From: an uncultured Chloroflexia bacterium
GTDB taxonomy: Bacteria > Chloroflexota > Limnocylindria > Limnocylindrales > CSP1-4
Reading direction: 5' to 3'
Length of the DNA: 64,000 bases
NCBI GenBank assembly: GCA_963808895.1
Contig: CAWEHL010000004.1
Coordinates: forward strand, 697,715-761,714
Positions 58,539-64,000 of this stretch are shown one piece after another. Position 1 is the first letter of the stretch. Each line of letters opens with the position of its first letter. A program made the position numbers and the translations under genes. The notes under the pieces are model-generated. The model was not told the origin of the DNA. It did not search any database and saw nothing but the letters and a program-made list of their open reading frames with translations.

Positions 58539-59474
58539 ATGGAGCTCGGCCTCTATACCGACTCGCTGCCCGACCATGCCTTCGAGGAGGCGCTCGACGT
58601 GGCCGCGCGCGTCGGCGCGACCGGCGATCGAGATCGCGACCGGCGGCCAGTCACGGGCCCCGCATCTGCGGCTCGACGAGCTGCTCGGCGACGCGGCTCG
58701 GCGCGCCGCGTTCCGTGACGCGTTCTCCAGCCGAGGCCTGCGGATCGCGGCGCTCAACTGCTCGGCCTGGCCGCTCCACCCGGCCGTCGGCGAGCGGCAC
58801 GTGGCGATCATCCGCTCGACGATCCGGCTGGCCGCCGAGCTCGGCGTCACGCAAGCTCGTCACGATGTCCGGCAATCCGGGGGACGGTCCGACGGGCACG
58901 GCCGTCAACTTCGTCTGGTACCCATGGCCGGAGGAGTCGATGGCGCTCCTCGAGCGCCAGTGGGACGAGGCGATCGACGCTGTGGCAGGACCTCGGCGAC
59001 GGAAGCGAAGGCCGCAGGCATCGAGACGCTCGCGTTCGAGCTGCATCCGCTCCATCTCGTCTACAACGTGCCGACCTACGAGCGGATGCGCGACGCGGTC
59101 GGGCCGATCATCGGCGTGAACCTCGATCCGTCGCACCTCTTCTGGCAGGGCATGGATCCGCTGGCCGTGGTCCGGGCCCTCGGCCCGGCGATACGCCACG
59201 TCCACCTGAAGGACACCGAGATCGTGGCCGACCAGGTCGCCATCGCGGGCGTCCTCGACGCAGCGCCCGTTCGCCGACCCGACGCGCCGGGGCTGGGTCT
59301 TCCGGACGGCCGGCGCGATCCACGACCGGGCGTGGTGGACGGCGTTCGTCGACGCGCTGCGGGAGGTCGGCTACGACGACGCGTTGTCGATCGAGAACGA
59401 GGACGCGGGGCTGCCGCCCGAGGCCTCGGTCGAGCGGCGCCGCCGCATTCATGCAGCCGATCATCCGCGGGTAG
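58539..59474 (+). CDS. Xylose-isomerase-like TIM-barrel enzyme (IolH-like sugar epimerase/dehydratase/lyase, frameshifted)
   Basis: IEIATGGQS, ALNCS.WPLHP, FELHP, NLDPSHLFWQGMDP, HVHLKD, W.FRT, SIENED. Confidence 0.85.
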
Positions 59475-59502
59475 TCCGGCCGGACCGGCTCCGCGACCCG
59501 CG

Positions 59503-60881
59503 TCAGTCGGGCGCGGCCAGCTCGGCGCGATGCGCGACGAGGAACTCGCTCGTCGCCGCGACCAATCGATCGACGTCGTCCTCGGTGTGCGCGCCGGTGA
59601 GGAAGCCACGGATCATGTAGTGCGGGTGGACGTAGATCCCGCGCTCGAGCAGCCAGCCACGGTACGCGCGCTGGATGGGGTGGTCCTTGTCCATCGCGAA
59701 TCGCGCGAAGTCGCGGAACTTGCGGATCGGCGTGTCCGTGAAGTACACGGTCCAGACGCCCGCCATCTCGCGGACCTGGACGCGGGCTCCGGTCGCATCG
59801 ATGGCCGCCTGGATGCCGTCGGTGAGGCGCCGCCCGAGGGTCGCGAGGTGCTGGTGGATCGCGCGCTCCTGGACGATGCCGGTGACCTCCAGCGCCACCG
59901 CGACATCGAGGGTGTGGCCGGCGAACGTGCCGGCGAACAGGACGTCGCCCTTCGGCCCGAGCCGGTCCATGATGTCGCCTCGTCCGCACAGGACCGAGAT
60001 CGGGAAGCCATTGGCGATGGCTTTGCCGAGCGTCGTCAGGTCCGGGCGTGACGCCGAAGCGCTCCTGCGCCCCACCCGGGCGCGTGCCGGAAGCCCGGTG
60101 ATGATCTCGTCGAAGATGAGGAGGGTGCCTGCCTCGGTGCACGCCTCCCGGAGCGTCTCGAGGAACCCCGGGTCCGGCAGCACCACACCGGCGTTGTGGA
60201 AAACGGGCTCCAGGATGACCGCGGCGATCGTGTCGCCCTCGCGACGCAACGTCTCGCGCACACCCTCGGCGTCGTTGTACTCGCGGACGACGACGAGGTC
60301 CCGGACGGCCGCCGGGATGCCCGCCGACGCCGCGACCGGAGTCGGCTCGCCGTCGTCCTCGGTCGCGAAGTGGTGGCTCCACGCGACGTAGTCGTGCCAG
60401 CCGTGGTAGTTGCCCTCGAACTTGAGGATGCGCTCGCGGCCGGTGAACGCCCGCGCGAGCCGGATGGCATGGAACGTCGCCTCGGTCCCGGTGCACGCTG
60501 AACACGACCCGGTCGGCCGACGGGATCATCTCGACGAGCCGCTCAGCAAGCTCGACCTCGAGCGGGTTCGCGGTGGAGAACGACACGCCGTGCTCGTCCA
60601 TCGCGCGACGTGCAGCGGCGTTCATCGCGCGGGTCGTTATGTCCGAGCAGGACGGCGCCGAACGACGAGTGGAAGTCGACGTACTCGTTGCCGTCGACGT
60701 CGCGGATGCGTGACCCCTGCGCCTGGGTCATGAACAGCGGGTATGGCCGCGCACCCCTTCCCTCGCCCTGGACGCCGCCGGGCGACACACGACTGGCACG
60801 CTCATGCAGCGCCGCGGAGGCATCGGTCGGGATCGGCCACTCGAGCGCGTCCCGCTCGGGGCGGCGGTCGAGCGTCGTCAT
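59503..60881 (-). CDS. Class III aminotransferase, HemL/GSA-aminomutase-like (frameshifted)
   Basis: YVDFHSSFGAVLLGH, KFEGNYHGWHD, LIFDEIITG, TLGKAIANGFPI, AGTFAGH. Confidence 0.87.
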
Positions 60882-62101
60882 GCCGTGACCGCTCGTGGCG
60901 CGGCGGCCACCGGGATCGTCGACCGGGGTCCGGGCCCCGGTCGCCGCTGACGCATAGAGCGCATCGATGACCGCGCTGTCGCGGACACCGTCCTCGAAGT
61001 CGGCGTGGGCCCCACGACCCTCGTGGATGGCCGTCAGGAACTCGGCCCACATCGCGCACACCTGGCCGATCCAGCCGACCGACGTCCCGTCCGCGCCGCC
61101 GACGAGCAGCTCGGCCGCGCCGGGGTGCTGGGCGTTCACCAGGACCCGCCGATAGCCGAGCGTCGCCTCGTCGCTCGGGAGACAGACCTGGAACTCGTTG
61201 CCGCGCTCGAGCTCCCACCTCGCGGACCCGACCGTCCCGAACACCTCGACCTCCATCGCCACGCGCCGACCGGGCGTCACCCGGCTCGTCTCGAGGACCC
61301 CGTATGCCCCGTTCTCGAACGTGACGATCGCCGCGGCCGCGTCCTCGACGTCGACCGCGCCCATCGCCACCGCCCGGTCGCTGCCGCCCGGGCCGCCGCC
61401 GCGGTTGCCGATCGCATCCGCACCCGGCAAGGGCCGTTCCGGGTAGGCGATCGCCGTCAGTCCCTGGACGGTCTCGACCTCGCCGACCAGGTATCGGGCG
61501 GTATCGACGAGGTGGTAGCCGGTATCGATGGCGATGCCTCCGCCGGCGAGCGCCTTCTGGAATCGCCACAGGAGCGGCACATCGGGATCGGCGGCGTAGT
61601 CGAGCAGGAACGACGCCCGGAAGCTACGGACCTCGCCGAGCTCACCGCGCTCGATGAGCTCGCGGATCGCCCGGATCGCCGGCGTCCAGCGATATGCCGC
61701 TCCCAGCCCGTGGAACACACCCGCCGCCCGGCAGGCGGCCAGCAGTTCGGCCCCCGCCTCGGCGTCCGTCGCCAGCGGCTTCTCGCTCACGACGTGCTTG
61801 CCCGCTGCGGCCGCGCCGAGCACGACCTCACGGTTGTACGCCGGCGGCAGGCACGTGACGACGAGGTCGACGTCGGGCGCGTCCACGAGCGCACGCCAGT
61901 CCGCCGTCCACGCGCGCGTAGCCGTAGCGCTCGGCGAGGCGGGACGCCAGCCGGTCGTTGACGTCGGCGACGGACGACGAGTCGCGGTCGGATCGGCAGA
62001 TCGGCATACAGGGGCGCCAGCATCGATAGCGCGAGGCTGTGGGCACCGGCCATCGTCCCCGCGCCGACCATGCCGATGCCGAGCTCGCGCGCGGCGGTCA
62101 T
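60878..62101 (-). CDS. Gfo/Idh/MocA oxidoreductase (frameshifted)
   Basis: MVGAGTMAGAH, VSEKP, LWRFQK, DTGYHLVD, VDVED. Confidence 0.88.
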
Positions 62102-63232
62102 GCCGGGACGTCGCTGGCGCCGACCGACGCCGCCATCTCGTCGAGTCGTCACGCGGCGCTGCTCCGTCGCGGCCGTGATGACCGCGTCGCACATCAGCGC
62201 CGCCTGGTAGCCGTCCTCGAAGCTTGCCTGCTCGACGGCGGAGCGGCGGTCGTCGATGACCGCGGTCAGGAAGTCGCGCCACTCGTGGGCGAAGCTGTGC
62301 TCCCAGCCCACGGTGTGACCCGGCGGCCACCACATGTCCATGAACGGATGCTCCGGCTGGCTGACGAGGATGTCGCGGAAGCCGCCGGTCCCATCGGCCT
62401 CGTCAGCCGCGTAGAACACGTGGAGGCGGTTGAGGTCCTCCATGTCCCACCACAGCGATCCTTCGGTCCCGTTGAACTCGATGCCCTGGCGGCCCTTCCA
62501 GCCCCACGCCACCCGCGATGCCTCGAGCGAGGCGATACCGCCGCCGCGCAGCTCGACGGCCGCGACGTAGGCGTCCTCGAGATCGACCCCGATATCAGCA
62601 GGGGTCAGCTTGGCCGCCACCGCCTGGACCGCCTCCGCCTCGTTCCCGAGGTAGCGCATGAAGTCGATGATGTGGCAGTAGTCGGTGATGGCACGCGACA
62701 CGTTGGGCTTCCGGCTCGGGCACGGTCGCCGGCGGCATGGTCCTGGAGATAGACCGCCCGGAACTGCAGGCACCGTCCGAGCCGGCCGCTGTACGACGAT
62801 GTCGCGCGCCAGCCGCATCGCCGGCATGTACCGATAGTTGAACCCGACCGCGGCGTGGACCCCGGCTCGCCGCGCGGCATCGAGCATCGCCGCCGCCTCG
62901 AAGCGGTCGCGTCCGAGCGGCTTCTCGCACAGCACGGGCTTGCCGAGGGCCAGCGCCGCGTCGGTCGCCTCGAGGTGGGCGGTCTCGCCGAGCAGGACCG
63001 CGATGACGTCGATGTCCGGGTCGTCGACGACCTCGCGCCAATCGGTCGTGAACCGCTCGATACCGAGGTCGCGGGCCATCGCCGCCCCGCGATCGGGGTT
63101 GCGTGCGGCGAGCGCCGCCAGCTCGATCGGGCGCGCCAGCGGGGTCACGTGGTTGAGCGTGTGCAGCGCGTGCCCGTGCGCTCGGGTGATCCAGCCCGCG
63201 CCGAGGAGGCCGATGCGGATCGGGTCGGACAT
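62098..63232 (-). CDS. Gfo/Idh/MocA oxidoreductase (frameshifted)
   Basis: LLGAGWITRAH, LCEKP, GFNYRY, DYCHIID, WWPPGHTVGWEHSF. Confidence 0.88.
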
Positions 63233-63240
63233 CGTCGGGC

Positions 63241-64000
63241 TCAGGCGGGCACGGGCGGCGGGGTCGCCGCCTCGCCGAGGAATCGCTCCGGGTCGCCCAT
63301 CACGGCGCGGATCGTCTCCGCGTAGCGTTCGATCAGCTCGGTCGACTGGAGGAAGATCGGGTAGCGCGCCTCGCAGATGACCAGGGACGAATCGAGCATC
63401 GCGTTCGCCTCCGGGTAGTCGGCGGGGTCGTATCCGCGCTCCTGGAAGACCGGGAACGCCGGTGCCGGCTGGGTATGCCAGAGCTCGCACCCGACGCCTG
63501 CCGCGAGCAGCGTCTGCCCGAGCGCATCGCGGAACACCGTCGGCGGGACGTGACCGAGACCCATCGCGGACGGGTCCAGCCGCACCCGGTAGTGGTAATA
63601 GGACGAGGTGCGGTCGTTCGGGACGTACGGCGGCGTCATCCCCGGAAGCCCGCCGAGCGCCTCGTCGAGGATCGCCGCGTTCTGCTGGCCGGTGGCGATG
63701 TACTGGGGCAACCGCTGGAGCTGCGAGCGAGCCAGCGCGGCCGGCATCTCCTGATGGCGGTAGTTCCAGCCGATCGAATAGCCCGTGTATGGCCGGAAGT
63801 CCCAGCCCGTCAGCTTGCCGAGCTCCGGGATGTCCTCACCGAAGGTCCGCAGCCGGCGCGCGCGGGCGAGGATGTCGGGATCGTCCGCGACGAGGAGACC
63901 GCCCTCCCCGCCGGACAGGATCTTGCTCGAGTTCAGGCTGTAGCAGCCGATGAGCCCGATCGAGCCGACCTGGCGGCCGTGATACGTCGCGCCGTGGGCC
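63241..64000 (-). CDS. DegT/DnrJ/EryC1/StrS aminotransferase (5' part outside the window)
   Basis: AHGATYHG, YSLNSSKILSGGEGG, GWNYRHQEMPAALARSQL. Confidence 0.9.
   Translation of the reverse strand, partial: AHGATYHGRQVGSIGLIGCYSLNSSKILSGGEGGLLVADDPDILARARRLRTFGEDIPELGKLTGWDFRPYTGYSIGWNYRHQEMPAALARSQLQRLPQYIATGQQNAAILDEALGGLPGMTPPYVPNDRTSSYYHYRVRLDPSAMGLGHVPPTVFRDALGQTLLAAGVGCELWHTQPAPAFPVFQERGYDPADYPEANAMLDSSLVICEARYPIFLQSTELIERYAETIRAVMGDPERFLGEAATPPPVPA

Noticed and set aside
59503-60881. hemL for tetrapyrrole synthesis
   Set aside because: No hem genes nearby and it is embedded among sugar/cyclitol oxidoreductases, so it is treated as a HemL-like paralogue.
38491-64000. Antibiotic or surface-polysaccharide biosynthetic cluster
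   Set aside because: No cyclase, nucleotidyltransferase, glycosyltransferase, exporter or resistance gene in view, while the importer, IolD and LacI point to catabolism. Provisional because the cluster continues past the window.

Overview
High-GC (about 70% by eye) bacterial chromosome segment. Gene content and style suggest Chloroflexota, possibly a Limnocylindria/Ellin6529-like lineage; this is an inference, not a database result. Many genes are split by single-base indels, including essential ones such as murE, murJ and ppa. These look like long-read consensus errors, so boundaries of split genes are approximate. The left part (1-38.5 kb) is mostly housekeeping: murE, two FemABX-like ligases, murJ, xerC, topA, dprA, comM, a receiver-CpaE fusion, tyrA, trpB2, thpR, ppa, a K+ channel, a stand-alone DnaB-like ATPase, an M20 peptidase, ftsH, tRNA-Met(CAT), a VanW protein, beta-carbonic anhydrase, an FtsB/DivIC-like gene, and an MrfA/MrfB-like helicase-exonuclease pair behind a LexA box. 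The right part (38.5 kb to beyond 64 kb) is an accessory catabolic cluster with a LacI regulator and two identical operator sites. It holds IolE- and IolD-like genes without iolB/iolC/iolJ, four Gfo/Idh/MocA oxidoreductases, two DegT-type and one HemL-like aminotransferase, a Zn-dehydrogenase, lactonase, HpcH aldolase, SDR, LLM enzyme, CehA/McbA-like hydrolase and a polyamine-type ABC importer. The best candidate for an undescribed system is this cluster, read as an aminocyclitol (possibly aminoglycoside) uptake and degradation pathway. Smaller observations include a chain of two 5-codon mini-ORFs linking xerC to murJ, widespread leaderless-type promoters, a palindrome-rich divergent promoter, and a small Zn-ribbon protein with ERR repeats. 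No CRISPR array, rRNA or mobile element was seen.
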